The position numbers and the translations under genes are program-made. The notes under the pieces were generated by a model that worked only from the letters and a program-made list of their open reading frames with translations, was not told where the DNA came from and searched no databases. Source: Massalongia carnosa (lineage: Eukaryota). From it: a stretch of DNA of 64,000 nucleotides. Each line of letters starts with the position of its first letter. The stretch's first letter is position 1. Of this stretch, positions 23,241-36,056 are shown one piece after another. The stretch spans positions 806,001 through 870,000 of the forward strand of contig OZ287068.1 of the NCBI GenBank assembly GCA_965645245.1, read 5' to 3'.

Positions 23241-24818
23241 ATGGCGGAGAAACCAGCCAAGTACCGGCAGGAGATCCAACAGGTGAGGAGCAGTTTTGTT
23301 ACAGTTGCAAAGCTGATATTTAAGCTGTTGTTCATATGCCTTGCAAAGCTGCGATCAGTCATGTCACAGAAACATAAATAGCCAGCTTTATTTCCTTGTC
23401 TTCCTTGACTTGAAAAGTTTTGCGTTGGCCTGGAAGAAGCACCGGTTTTGAAGTCTACAGGTGAAGGTGTAATGGTAGAGATAACACTCTGTATATCCTC
23501 TGACCTGGTGCTCTACATGAATGAATTAAGCAGATTTTAAGTCACTGCTACAAACAACAACCATTCTACATTCGGTCACTCATTTTCTAGTCGCTATTTA
23601 TCACATTTTTACATTGCATAAATTGTTTTACCCAAGACTTGTAGATTCCTCCTTAACTCAAATGGAGGCTCTCACTTCACCCAACGCTGGCATCGACACT
23701 GAGGAGACTCTGGCAGAATGGAGAGCTGGAGTACTAATAGACATTATCCGACAGATGATGTTCGTCTCTGGCGAGACCGCTGAGGCATCTGTTGAGACTA
23801 CCGGGATGATTGAAGAGATCGTACATGCACAAGTGGTGGAAATGGTGAGCCCCCTTCTTTGATGTTGACTCGGAAATTCCTTCTAAATTTCAATCACTTT
23901 GTAGCTGAGAAAGTCAACCGAGAGCGCTGCGCGACGTGGATCCCGCTCTATCAGCGTCAATGATCTCTTCTTTCTGATACGCCATGACAAGGCAAAGCTC
24001 TCCCGTCTCAGCACATTTCTTTCATGGAAAGATGTCCGCAAGACGGCGAAGGACTCAGACGATAAAGGAGGGGATGCAGCAGACATAGGAGCTGGTGATG
24101 ATCCCCTCGGTGGTGGAGAAGCCGCAGGAGGCGGTGCTGGCCCTGTAGTTGTTGACACGACGAAGAAAACTAAGCGGACCAAGGTCTTGCTGCCCTGGGA
24201 CGTTCATAGCTTCTACAGCGAGCAAGTGCCCGAGCGCGAAGACGACGAGGATGAGGATGAGGAAGAAATGAATTCGGCAACGGTTCAACGGCTCAAGATC
24301 GCCGATGACCGCACGAAAGACATGACAAGGGAGGAATACGTGCACTTCAGCGAATGCCGACAAGCCTCCTTCACCTTCCGCAAAGCCAAGCGGTTCCGCG
24401 AATGGGCAGGCTTCGGGATCGTGACTGACAGCAAGCCCAACGATGATATTGTCGACATCCTCGGCTTTCTGACCTTTGAGATTGTGCAGACGCTCACGGA
24501 AGAGGCCCTCAAAGTCAAGAACGAGGAAGATTTGAATAAGAGCCGCAACGGGAATGCGAACCCAACTGCCCAGACGCTGAAGCGAAAGAGAGAAACCGGC
24601 TTGTTTGACCCCCCGGAAGAAGGCAAAGCCCCCGTAGGTCCCAAGCACATCCAAGAAGCTTTCCGGAGGCTGCAGGAGAGGCCTATTCCCGGTAGAGGAG
24701 TAAGAGTCTGGATGGGAGGCCCTCGGGCTTTACACAGGAAGGAATTGAAACTGGTACGTGGAACGGAAGAGTTCTGTGCATGTTCTGAAAGTGCTAACAA
24801 TCGTAATGGTAGATATGA
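23241..24818 (+). CDS. SPT3: SAGA complex subunit Spt3 (4 exons)
   Basis: [98 protein letters not shown]. Confidence 0.95.
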
Positions 24819-25195
24819 GAGGTTGCAACACTTGATGTTCTCGGCCAAGGAATCAAACTGTAGGGTTTTTTGAGGGGAGTTGGGCGCTCTGGCATTAGTT
24901 AAAGGAGGCTCTCAAGCATGTGATATGGCTTTTGGGTGTGGATTAGGTACCACCACACGGTGTGGGCGGTTCGGATTGACAAAGAAACATCATGGCCAAA
25001 AGGAACCGACCTACCCAGATGCATACTTCCTGGCGCTGGCAGAGCCTAAGAGCGATTGTGCGGGCAATGCGGCTCTACTTTCCAGAGCATAAACTGGGTA
25101 TCTATCACCAGATATTTTACGTGGAAAAAAAAAGACACCCAACTCCCTAGCAGTGCCATCGCCCAAACGCTCGTTAATGGCCTCCCTCTACAACC

Positions 25196-25837
25196 TCAGC
25201 AAATGATACCGCCCCTCACCTCGTCCTCAACCTTAACCCCCACTCCACCTTCCGTCTTCCTCCTCTTCTCGTTCCTCCTCTGCCTCTTCTCCTCCCTTTC
25301 CCTCTCCTCCTCCACCGCCCTAACCTCCAACCTTCTCCCCAAATCCACCTCATTCCCCGGCGCCTCTATCTCCTCCCTCCGCTTGCATGCCAACCACTCC
25401 AGCCGCTCCCGCACCTCCTCCACACCCGCCCTCCTGACCTCCCCGCTCTGGCCCGTCGCTACCAAATGCTGCCGTGAATTCAAGTGATCCACAAACTGCA
25501 GGTTGTCCTTGAACGTCAGGTCGCAGTCTCCGCAGTAGAAGCCCGCGCCGCGGCCCCGCTTGCCTGTCGCCGCCCCGGCTGGTACTAGGCTGGTCTTGCC
25601 CACGTTGGCGCTGACGTCTAGCCGGGCGGTGCGGGAGGCCGTCTCGCGGGCGTCGGGCGGGGTGCCCGCGCGCGGGGGCGGGTGGTATTTGCGGCCGAGG
25701 AGCTTGGCGTCGTGCCGGGCTTGGGATTCAAGCTTCTCGGCCGTATCGCGCGCGCTCGCTTTCGCGGTGTATTCGGCTCGGTCCCACGTTTTGCGGAAGG
25801 ATGTGTCCGAGGGGGCGTTTTTGGAAGAGGCCGACAT
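25196..25837 (-). CDS. SNU23: U4/U6.U5 tri-snRNP matrin-type zinc-finger protein (Snu23/ZMAT2)
   Basis: FRKTWDRAEY; GAGFYCGDCDLTFKDNLQFVDHLNSRQH; VEEVRERL. Confidence 0.9.
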   Translation of the reverse strand: MSASSKNAPSDTSFRKTWDRAEYTAKASARDTAEKLESQARHDAKLLGRKYHPPPRAGTPPDARETASRTARLDVSANVGKTSLVPAGAATGKRGRGAGFYCGDCDLTFKDNLQFVDHLNSRQHLVATGQSGEVRRAGVEEVRERLEWLACKRREEIEAPGNEVDLGRRLEVRAVEEEREREEKRQRRNEKRRKTEGGVGVKVEDEVRGGIIC

Positions 25838-27035
25838 GATTGTGGATGAGTGAGTTTTTGGGGGAGGAGGGGGAACCTTACGGGAGGGAATTTGCGTAGG
25901 CAGGTTGGGTTAGTACGCTTGAAATGGATGGAAATGGTGGACGTTTTGAAGTTACATTGGCATAACTATCGGGTGGTGAGTTTCCCCGATACAGATCGGA
26001 CCTCGGTTCATATAATTCTTTTCGCAGAACAAAAGTAAAAATGCTACGGAGTACAGTCCACGGGATCGTGAACTTTAGATTCATCGTCGCTCTGAAACAA
26101 TACCAAGCGAAACGGCAGAATCAGCCGTTTCGATATTTACATCCCATTAACAAGGGAAGTTTTCAGAAGATAACTGTCGTCCCATTGCTTGGCCGCTCCA
26201 GCAGTCCTAACCATACGAGACCGTGCCATCTTCAGAACTGAAATTTTGGACCCGATTTCAAGTTTTTACGATCGATACAATTTGTAAAAGGTTGTAAAGT
26301 CAAAACCACCTATAGTTATTTAATTTAATATTCGCAGCATTGAAATCGAAAAATTGAAAACTTTTCTAAAATTTACGATACTTGCGAAATTAGCGGAAAA
26401 TGTCACACTTGATTACCCGGACGATAAATTTTTGATACAGCACAGCAATTGAATACAATAGTTACCACCAATCGAAGCGTGGCCCCACCCAAATTAGTAT
26501 GGGGCGGTGGCTCAAGTAAAGTTTTTCCGTCCCCGAACTTTGTTCTACCACCAACCACCTCCTCCAACCACCCCCATACCCGAGAAAGCGGTTGGGACAA
26601 GCACGAAAAACACGACAATGAAGGCCTAGATGCAGGCTATTTACGCATGTGCCTCTCAATTGCTCTCGATGCGAAACGTCATCGCTTCGAGATTGAAAAA
26701 GGTCGACGTGACTGCTTTTGCGACAAATCATTTACACTGAACTCTGTAAATTAATTACATGGAATTGAAGATTATTTATCATGATGATAGCACGTAAATG
26801 AATGCACTGTCTTTAGAATGCAGTATGAATGTGGAATAAATAAATTAACCTAACAAATCAACTCCAACTTATGTCCAAAATTCAACCTTCGTACTCCATT
26901 TCCTATCGAAAAAAGACGGTGCAAACAATGCAAAAACTGTTGTAAAACACCCATCACCTCCAAAAAATGCGGGAAAATAGGAAAAGCAAATGGTTCAAAG
27001 AAAATCTCAAACAAACACCAAAAATGCATAAAAAA

Positions 27036-29625
27036 TCATTCATCCACCCTTTCCTTCATCATTCCGATTCTCGTCACCCTCGCTTGCCCTTCTTGATCTC
27101 GTTGGCCAGCCCGTTCAAACTGTAGTACTCCTCGCTCGCTATCCAGCTGCTTTGCCATCTCTTCACGTGAACCTGCCCCAGCCCGGCGAGCGAGGTACTC
27201 GATGATGGTAAGTCTTTGGGAGTAATACTGTCGCTCTTTAGCAGGCCATCCTCGTCTCCAGCCGGAACCATAGCTGGAGTTTAACTTTCCCACAGCTGGC
27301 CCAGTGCCCAAACCAACAGTCCACTCCCTCCACAAATCCACCACAGAACAGACCTGTCGATTCAAAAAATAAGAAGACGAGGCCGGAGGTTCGACAGAGA
27401 CGTCAGCGTCGAAGGAAGTAAGTGCACGCTCGGATGGCGAGGGAGAGCGGGTGAGACTATGAGGCCGAGAGCGGGGGCGATGAGAGCGAGGGGTAGGAGG
27501 ATCGTGAGCGGAGGGCCTCGAGGAGAGTGAGGTGGTGGCCGCAGGGGGGTGAAGCAATGGATCGAGCATATTTAGTGGAATCGGTGACGTAGCTCGAGGC
27601 AATTGACGAATCTTGGAGGGGGTCAAGGTGAATGTGACCTTGCCTGTTAGAAAATCATCCAATTTGCCCTCCATCAGACTGAAAAGCTCCTTTGTTTCAA
27701 GAATCCAGCGTTCATCGAACTGGTGAGGCCCACATGCAAATTAAGCACCTGCTGACCCAAGTGAGGCAAGGCAGTACGAATCAAACTGTTTTGATCCATC
27801 TCCTTCTCGTCTAGATGAGCCAAAACATCCGCAGCAAAAACATCATACTCCGGCAGAGAAAACAAGCGATAATTCCACAAAGGATGCTGAGGATATTTCT
27901 GTCGAAGAAGCACGGAGTCCTGCAGAAAAACCACACGAAGATAGTCTAACAGCCTTACGAACTGAATAGTGGCTATATCATCGAAAGAATGCTTCAACCA
28001 CTTGTCTAGAGAAGGCCAGAAAGAAGACAAAAGCTCTGAAGATGGCGTGACTGCTGCTCGAGCGATATGATAGGTTCCAGGATGCTTTGGATCGAATCCA
28101 GCCATACCTCGCATGAATTCTCTAGGCAGGGACGTAAGATAGCCCTTGTGCATGGAGTCGGTAGTCCAATGAGCTGCACGACGTATCTGATCCTCCTGAA
28201 TGCCTTTCAGCTCGGCATACTTTGTTCCAGAACCTCGCCCAGCATGAGTGACCTTGCTATAGGTGAGGCCGAGGGGACTGTACACGCTGTGAATCCCTTT
28301 ACGCTGAGTGGAATCAGAGATTTCTTTGCAGCCGTCTTTAGGAGAGGCTATTAAACAAGAATCGTCAGTCGCATCATATCACTGAATTATTTCATCGAAC
28401 TGATAAAAACAATACAATATAATGAAGGCAGTTTCGAGAAAAAACGATAATTCATTCAAAAAAGGGGTCAAAAGCGGAAAACTTCGAAAGCAGATGGACG
28501 AATTAAGAGCAATTTAGTGAAATGGATTAAACTGAAAGAAAAACTGTGAGAAACGTCGACAAAACAGTGATAAAATGAAAGAAAATCTCCAAAACTCACC
28601 GATCAGGACTCGTGTATTATACCAGTCCTTATTGCTTCTAAAATTCGGAAAAGATTCACCCGATTGCTCCCAACGCTAGAAAAAATACACCGATAACGCA
28701 CTCATACCACAAAGCGAAAGGTCCTTGTGCCTCAGCATCCCATTGTACTCGATGCGCCCATTCTGATTGGTTTTACCATTGCCCATGAGGTAAAGCAATG
28801 CCGGGCAGGGCGAGGGACCCTCGTTGTCAAACATAAGTAGCTGTAAATCAGGAAGCTCGGCAAAGCGACGAGACTCACCCCGAGCAAGAAGAAGGTGTCC
28901 CATAAGATAATCTAGACGTCCTCGTAGGTTACCTCCGAGAATGGAGGTCTTGAAGGAGTGAGACTGCTTCCAAAACTCCTCCAATATTTCCCGAAGGGTC
29001 TTTTCATCATAGCCATCTGCTACCGTTCCTCGACCTCGATCCTCGAAGGCCAGCTTCTTCTTGATATGCTGATTTCGCGAAGAATCCTTCATAAGGGACT
29101 TCAGCGCATTGCCATTGGGATGAGAACGATTATGCTGGCCTCGGGAAACTTGATAGGACCACAGATCTATCAGCGCAGTCTTGTATCCCCTTATTCAATT
29201 GTATTTGAGAGTTTGAGAGTCCTGATCCTCGTCCTCGTCCTCGTCGAGGGCTTGAGCTTTGCGATTTTTCTTTGCCCGGTTCATGACCCTGTCCTGAAAA
29301 AATCGCACCACTTTGGCTTCATGCACAATCTCTCCATCATCATAGTGATGCTCTTCGCAGAAAATCTGTGCCTCAATTAGTCGATTAAAAAAATCCGCAT
29401 AACTTAATGAGAGTGAATTTTAAAAGAGGGATTATTTTTCATATTTTTGTTTCTTTTCTTTTCTTTTCTTTTTCTTTCTTACTTCCATTCCTTGACCACC
29501 CGAGTATACGCGTGATTGGTGTTTTTGGGCCTGCTAATTTGCGTCAAGGCCAGGGCAGAGTGCTGTGCACGAAAATTGGCAGTGTCATTGTCCAGATCAC
29601 GCTGAACTTGTTCGATGGTAGCCAT
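27036..29625 (-). pseudogene. CryptonF tyrosine recombinase (Ndc10-like YR domain plus GCR1_C domain), spliced; one stop and frameshifts
   Basis: MATIEQ...RPKNTNHAY..KEW; LDYLMGHLLLARGESRR; GKTNQNGRIEYNGMLRHKD; KVTHAGRGSG; YLTSLPREFMRGMAGF; GCR1_C-like SVVDLWREWTVGLG...ERQYYSQR. Stop at 28676. Confidence 0.88.
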
Positions 29626-29689
29626 TAGTAAATATTTGATAAAGGGGGGAGTGTGACTGCGTATTGGAGGACGTGTTCTGCGCGTGCGA

Positions 29690-29775
29690 CCGATAGGGCT
29701 GAAATCGAACGCGGGCGTAAAAAGCTTAGTGCGGTAGGGCTGAAAAGTGAGAATTTGGGCGGTAGGACTGAATAA
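29690..29775. repeat. Three short direct repeats (core TAGG(G/A)CTGAA), possibly Crypton subterminal
   Basis: GATAGGGCTGAAA, GCGGTAGGGCTGAAA and GCGGTAGGACTGAAT just upstream of the Crypton ATG. Confidence 0.5.
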
Positions 29776-30631
29776 TGAAGGCGGAGGTGAAATTTTGATG
29801 CTTAGTAAGCAAATGGCTATTTTTTAACCAGTAGTTATGTTGCGATCGCAGAATTACTTCCGGATATACAATGTTATCCGTTTTTCCGTCATTTCGTTCC
29901 GGAAACAACACACACAATCGAGACACATCCGTAACTCGAGATAATGCCACATATAACTGACCATGAGCAAAAGGAGGAGCTCACAAATCGACTCCTACCG
30001 TGTCCAATGATTGACCTTGCGACTTGTTGACAGACATAGCAAGCACAATCGTATGGGAAATTGTTTGCGACTTATGATCCAGGGCAACTCGCCTTCCGTG
30101 GTATTAAGAAGAATCCGGGGAATTAATCGCGTTTCACCGTTGAATTCTCCTCCCAAAATCTTTCCCTCTAGACAGGTCCGCGAAATGTGAGTAAGACGTA
30201 ATCGGGTGCCGTTACAGAGACCCAAGTTTGGGATATAAATTCCGCAACAAAATAATCGGAGCTCCAAGTTTCAGTTGCAATTGTGAAGGAGGTAAAGACG
30301 ATGTTTGCAAGGTTTGTAAAAACTCGGGAGGAAGAAAGTCTCCTCGTTCCTGCGCCGTATCGTTCTCTATTTGATCAATGGAATTCAAGGTGTGCGAATC
30401 GCCCTGCAATTTACTCAGTATTGCACCGTTTAACTTCACGACGATATCGTTTCGCAAAGTCAAAATTGCTCGACTTGCGGAAAAATCCGCATTCAGATGA
30501 GCTTGCCGCATGCGATCCGAAGGAAAACCGGTGTCCACGAAACTGTCTAAGTTGTTCAATTGATTGACTTGTTCCGGTAGCTGAACACGACCGTAAAAAG
30601 CAGGATCATAAGACATTTTCCCGATCCAGTC

Positions 30632-30998
30632 TGTCGCGGTTCAACCATATCCACCCAAGGCCAATCAAAGGAAAGTACGGCATCTGCCGGCGCACTAACC
30701 GCTTCCGTTACTCAACCCTTTTAGCAATCATAGGGGCAATCAACGGAGGTCTGAAAGGACTGAAAAGGACGCATCGGAACGACCTTCTAAAGGAAACACA
30801 AATGGATGAAAGGGACAAAGAACAGAAAGACTGTTTGACCAAACTGTTCACTTATTGATGAAGACACAAGCAGCTGGATCGGGCCAAGCGATTATCTATA
30901 TAGACCCTCAGAGAGGGCACCCTTTGCTTGTTTCCTTTCTGCATCTTTGATATTTCTAGTGCATAGCTTCCCAGTAGATAGTCAATTCCACATCCTGG
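30632..30998. mobile_element. 367-bp LTR-like insertion in the Helitron helicase
   Basis: Starts TGTCGCGG; flanked by AGTC (30628-31, 30999-31002); removal restores EAFADWIGKMSYDP. The right end lacks canonical CA. Confidence 0.7.
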
Positions 30999-33553
30999 AG
31001 TCCGCAAACGCCTCATTGGCGGCTCCGTTACGAATTCGCATGTTTTGACGCAAAAACAGTTTTTGAAATCGCGGCCACAGAAAGGTCTTTTGAATGTTCG
31101 CCGCAACGATGGCTTCCCGATTTCCACGGGGAACAACGGGCAAGATTTGAGCGAAATCTCCGCCTAACACCATCGGAATACCTCCGAAAAGATCGTCATT
31201 GCCTAAAAGGTCCGTAAAAGTGCGATGTACGGCCATGAAGCATTGTTTGTGTTGCATCGGCACCTCATCCCAAATGATTAATGCTGTGCGTTGCAAAAGA
31301 CCGTGTAAATGCGTGTTGCGGGTGATATTACACATGCTGTCCTCATTTAAAATCAAAGGAATTTTAAAATGGGAATGTGAAGTCTGTCCGCCAGGAAGAA
31401 GTAAAGCCGCAATGCCGGAAGACGCAACGCAAGGAACGATTTTATTCTCCGCCCGAAAATGATTGTAAAGAGTCTTATATAAAAAAGTCTTATCTGTTCC
31501 TGCAGGTCCGTGAACAAAAAAATGCGCCGTTCTAGGATGATCTCTAACTCCCGCAACAATGGTATCAAAACAGTATTTCTGATCCGCATTCAATTGAGTA
31601 TATCGTTCATTTCGTAACGTCGTTTCTTCGTTGAAATCGTAAGTCATTTCATTTGCGATCAACGGATTTCCAGTACTCCGGCCCCAATCGTATGTAAACA
31701 GCGGCATATTATAATCCTCTAAGCGTTTTCCTAAATCCGAAAGAACTCCGTTCAGCAAATAAAGGCCGTAATCTAAATGCGGACTCATTAAATCGTCAGG
31801 AACATCAGTCATTGATCGTAATCGATGGGGTAAATCGTCACATATATCATTTGCGTATCGATTCCATAAGGCCGTGGGATCCGTAACACGACCGTGAACC
31901 AAAGCCGTTCCAAATAACGCCCGCAATGCGTGTCCAGAAGAAAATCGCACCACTTCCGCAAAGCAACTAAACCATTCCTGATCATCTTCCAACAGTCCTC
32001 GAGCACTGCAAGCGGCCTGAAATGTTGAATACATCACTCCGTCAACAGTGCGCAGATCCTCAAAGGACTGCGGTCCCGGAACAACCGTTAAAAGCATCCG
32101 CAAATAATATTTCTCACCCGCCATGGGACTGCAGGCATAAATACGACCAACCGCAAATCCGCGTTGACGGGGTTGCCAGCATTTTTTCTTGGCTTCCCAA
32201 ACAAAACTGTTCGGGAAATCTTGATACAACAACTCGCGGCTGTCCGCGTGGAGTCTGTTATAATTGAAAAATGCTATTAACTTTGTAACGGATCGATTTA
32301 AGGTGTTATGCAAATCTATAATATCCGCCTCCGCGCTGAAATATACGGATAGTTGATCCGGCAAATGAATCGGAAGATGATAAACCGTAGGAAACTCCTC
32401 GTGCGAAGGATACTCCCATAACTGCCATGCGGCTTGAGTGGGACCGATATAACGACCGTTTAAATGTCTCGCGATTTCGTCTTCAAATCCGTCAATCTGC
32501 ACAGTAGCTCGATCTGCGCCTTTGTAAATATATTTATGAATATATTTGACCGCTTTAACGGTCGTGCAGACCTCGACATTAATATGAGCTTCATATTTGT
32601 GAGAAAGATACGGATTATACGGAACCACCCAGCGATTGTCGCAACGAAAAACCCGACCACCACTCATCGGAACCTCCCAGGTGCGACCATTATTGCGGCG
32701 ACGATATATCGGATAACCGTCCTCTTCAACAACAGTTGTTTCCTGAAACGGGCGAGGATAACACTTGGAACAGGTGGGAGATCCGGATTCGGTTTGCATA
32801 CAGGACCCGGTAGGCATTGCAGCTCCGCAAGGACCGTGAACCATTTGTTTAATGATGATCTGTCTTAAACTTCCATCCGTATCAAGAGCAGGATCCGGCA
32901 GTTCGGCGGAAATTATTTGATCAATACGATCCGCATCCATAAAACGATCATGCGGATGTAGAAATAACAGCAAATGCATATGCGGTAATCCTCGTTTTTG
33001 ATATTCGATGGTCCATACACATCCGCGAAATCGACCGAAAATGCTGTCCTTTTTCAATTCCTTCAATAAACTGCTCTGTTGCAGTCGAAAAGCGCGTGCC
33101 ACAATGTCCAGTCGATCCGTTGCGGTTTGTCCAGGAAAGTCCTTTAATGCTTCCTTGAGTTCCGGCCAGTTAGGATTTGCGGTAAACGTAATAAACAAAT
33201 CCCGCCGCCCAAAATGACGAACCAAGGCCATACTGTCCTGAAACAATTGCTGCATGAACCGATCTCCGCCCGTATATGTGGAAGGAAGAATAAATCGCTT
33301 TCCTAACGTCGCTGCAGAATCGACTTCATCCCGCCGCAAACTGTCCGCGAGTCCGTTATACAGCTCCGCTCTGATCGTTTTTTTATTTTTACGTAACCAT
33401 TGCAGTTTGTTAAGATCGCAACTGGCCCACGCATCAACTAAATATTGCTGAAACAATCGCTGAAAATGATGCATGATAGAGAATTCATTTCGATGGGTGT
33501 GCAAACGATATCTATAAAACGCCCGTTGACATAAACGATCTCGTTCTCTTTCT

Positions 33554-33825
33554 TGTTGAATATCCAATTCCTACCAGCACAATGAACACCTATCAGTTCA
33601 ATGAATATAGCACCTACGGCTGCCCTAGATTGATAGATCATCTACGGAAACCGTAGATGCCGCATTAGGCTTAGTTCCAAGATAAGATAAGATCACCTCG
33701 CTTAGAAGGGTGACCAGTAATAGGAAAAGATTGCTGCATAGCAACTCTTCATCCTTAACATCACGGTCATACATACCTTTATTATTACATAGCCATATAG
33801 CCATAGTCATATACCTATTTCAACA
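33554..33825. mobile_element. Solo LTR (copia-like TGTTG...CAACA) in the Helitron
   Basis: CTTTC on both sides (33548-52, with one extra T before the LTR, and 33826-30); removal restores WSMRLRSNARERERDRLCQRAFY. Confidence 0.88.
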
Positions 33826-34194
33826 CTTTCTCTAGCATTGGACCGAAGCCGCATACTCCAATCTCAGCCATGTTCGCCATGCGGAAATAAAAGAACGTAA
33901 TGTAAAGGCATATAAGCCGCATGATTTTGATCAATCCGCTTCAAAGAAGTTCCCGTAACTCCTGCAACACGCTCCGTCAAAATTATATCGCGTTTGCAAG
34001 GTTCTCCGTATTCATCAGGAATAATACCGGCAATCTCGTCGCTGATGGGAAGATTACTGCGTTGTCGATCCGTCCCCGCTTCCATGATCAATCGCATTTG
34101 CGGATTGAGAACAACTCACAGATCATCGGTTATGGCCGCATTCTCCCGCAAAGCCTCGCTAGCGGTTTTGTAAAGCCTAATAAAGGGATTCATA

Positions 34195-36056
34195 CAGAGG
34201 CGAATCTCAAAAGTAGTGATAATACGCTAAAAGCTAGTGCCGTAATTTAAATTTTCCGTACCGAGCAAATTTTCCCCTTTTCTTTCCCCTTTTCTCATCC
34301 CAAATCATTTACGAACCAACATTTGATCAAATCATCATCATGGTCAATAAATCAGCTGATATTTCTTTGCGGGCTCAGGTCTTGACGTTGTCTTATTGCA
34401 CCCCGGCCTCAATTGAATTTATTGCAGCTACTACAGGTTATTCTGTCCCCAACATTTATCGTATTCGTCGCATTGCCAGGGATCGAGGATTTGATCCCGC
34501 CATTTCTTTGCAGGTGCTTGATAAATACGCCCGTCATGAAGAAAAATCTGGTCGACCGAGAAAGGCTACTACTGAGAAAGAAGATGAAGTCATTGATCTA
34601 GTCATAAAAGACAGATACGCCCGTGAAAAAACCAGTGCCCAGTTGGCAAGAGAAGTTGGACTGTCCAGATGCACCGTGTGGAGAATCCTGAAACAAAGAG
34701 GCTATAAAAAAGTCAAACCGTCGTATAGACCAGGGCTTACTCCTGAAATGAAAGCGGCTAGACTGGCTTTTTGTCTCCTGTATAAAGACTGGACCGTGGA
34801 GGATTGGAAGCGGGTTATTTGGTCAGATGAAACAGCAATAGTGCTTGGTCACCGTCGCGGAGCTGTCAAACTTTGGCGTACAACCAAGGAAGGAAGAAGA
34901 CCAGTCAAATCCACCGTACGTGCCAGGTGGCATGGGGCTCATGAATTCATGTTTTGGGGATGCTTTTCCTACGATTGGAAGGGGCCATGTCATTGCTGGA
35001 AACCGGAGACAAAAGCGGAAAAAGCGGAAGCCAAAACCAAGCTTGACGAGATGAATGCTGCATTGGAAGCCAGTGAGAGATTAAATTGGGAGCTGACCAA
35101 TGGAATGAGACGTCTTTCAACTCGCAATTTACCAGGAAAAAAGCCGCAATGGAAATGGGATGAGGAACATGGAAAGATGATCAGAAAAGAAGGTAAAGGA
35201 GGCATTGATTGGTGGCGGTATCAAAACGTCATACTTCTGCCAAAACTGATTCCTTTTGCTCAGCAATGCAATGCAAAAAGAAGAGAAGCCGGATTGTCTG
35301 AAATGATCGTACAGGAAGATAAGGCTCCGTCTCATGCTTCCAAGCATCAGATTCCCATCTTCTCTCGTCATGGCATCGAGCGTCTTTTATGGCCCGGAAA
35401 TTCTCCTGATCTCAACATGATTGAACCCTGCTGGCCCTGGATGAAGCGACGTACAACTGCCAAAGGTCCTCCTAGTTCTCGGTTAATTGCTGAATCTATG
35501 TGGCATCGCACTTGGGACGATCTACCTCAGGAGAATATTCAGGCATGGATTGAAAGAATTCCACGTCACATTGCAAAAGTCATTGAATTGGAAGGTGGAA
35601 ATGAGTATTGCGAAGGACGTTTGGACGTTGATGGACGGACCAAAGAAGGAAAAATGCGACTTCAACAGCTGAGGGAAGAATTGCTCAGTAATACAGCAAA
35701 ACCAGCTTCTTCTTCTTCTTCTTCTGTAGCGTCAACGAGACCATCATCCAGACAATCAAATGATGATACACCCAGCCCGTTGAATGTCAGGGCAGTTACC
35801 CCTGAGCCCCCTACACAGAAGCCATTGACACCCCCCTTATTGAGAAAAAGAGCCGTTTTATCTCCGAAAAATCACCTTCCCCCACGCATTCAGAAGGTTA
35901 TTCGTACTGCAGCCAGTTTCAGACCAAAAAGACGTTGATTAGATGGTTGGTAATGGCATTTGTAGATAGTTGGTAGAATTTCAGGCTCGGTATGGAAAAT
36001 CTAAATTACGGCGCTAGTCTTTAGCGTATTATCATTACTTTTGAGATTCGCCTCCG
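34195..36056 (+). mobile_element. Tc1-like DNA transposon (DD34E) inserted in the Helitron
   Basis: ~70-bp imperfect TIR C(A/G)GAGGCGAATCTCAAAAGTA...; TA TSD (34193-94, 36057-58); removal restores EMLHNMNPFIRLYKTA. Confidence 0.95.
34340..35938 (+). CDS. Tc1-family transposase, intact 532-aa ORF
   Basis: Paired HTH region, KSGRPRK, VIWSDE, QEDKAPSH, SPDLNMIE; 34 residues between the 2nd Asp and the Glu. Confidence 0.93.
   Translation: MVNKSADISLRAQVLTLSYCTPASIEFIAATTGYSVPNIYRIRRIARDRGFDPAISLQVLDKYARHEEKSGRPRKATTEKEDEVIDLVIKDRYAREKTSAQLAREVGLSRCTVWRILKQRGYKKVKPSYRPGLTPEMKAARLAFCLLYKDWTVEDWKRVIWSDETAIVLGHRRGAVKLWRTTKEGRRPVKSTVRARWHGAHEFMFWGCFSYDWKGPCHCWKPETKAEKAEAKTKLDEMNAALEASERLNWELTNGMRRLSTRNLPGKKPQWKWDEEHGKMIRKEGKGGIDWWRYQNVILLPKLIPFAQQCNAKRREAGLSEMIVQEDKAPSHASKHQIPIFSRHGIERLLWPGNSPDLNMIEPCWPWMKRRTTAKGPPSSRLIAESMWHRTWDDLPQENIQAWIERIPRHIAKVIELEGGNEYCEGRLDVDGRTKEGKMRLQQLREELLSNTAKPASSSSSSVASTRPSSRQSNDDTPSPLNVRAVTPEPPTQKPLTPPLLRKRAVLSPKNHLPPRIQKVIRTAASFRPKRR

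Noticed and set aside
24055..24848. Long antisense ORFs over SPT3 (also over HIS5, the SUN gene and the DnaJ gene)
   Set aside because: Shadow ORFs of GC-rich coding sequence with no motifs of their own.
27036..29625. Host NDC10 or GCR1-family transcription factor
   Set aside because: The YR plus GCR1_C architecture, inactivating lesions and TE context fit a CryptonF element.
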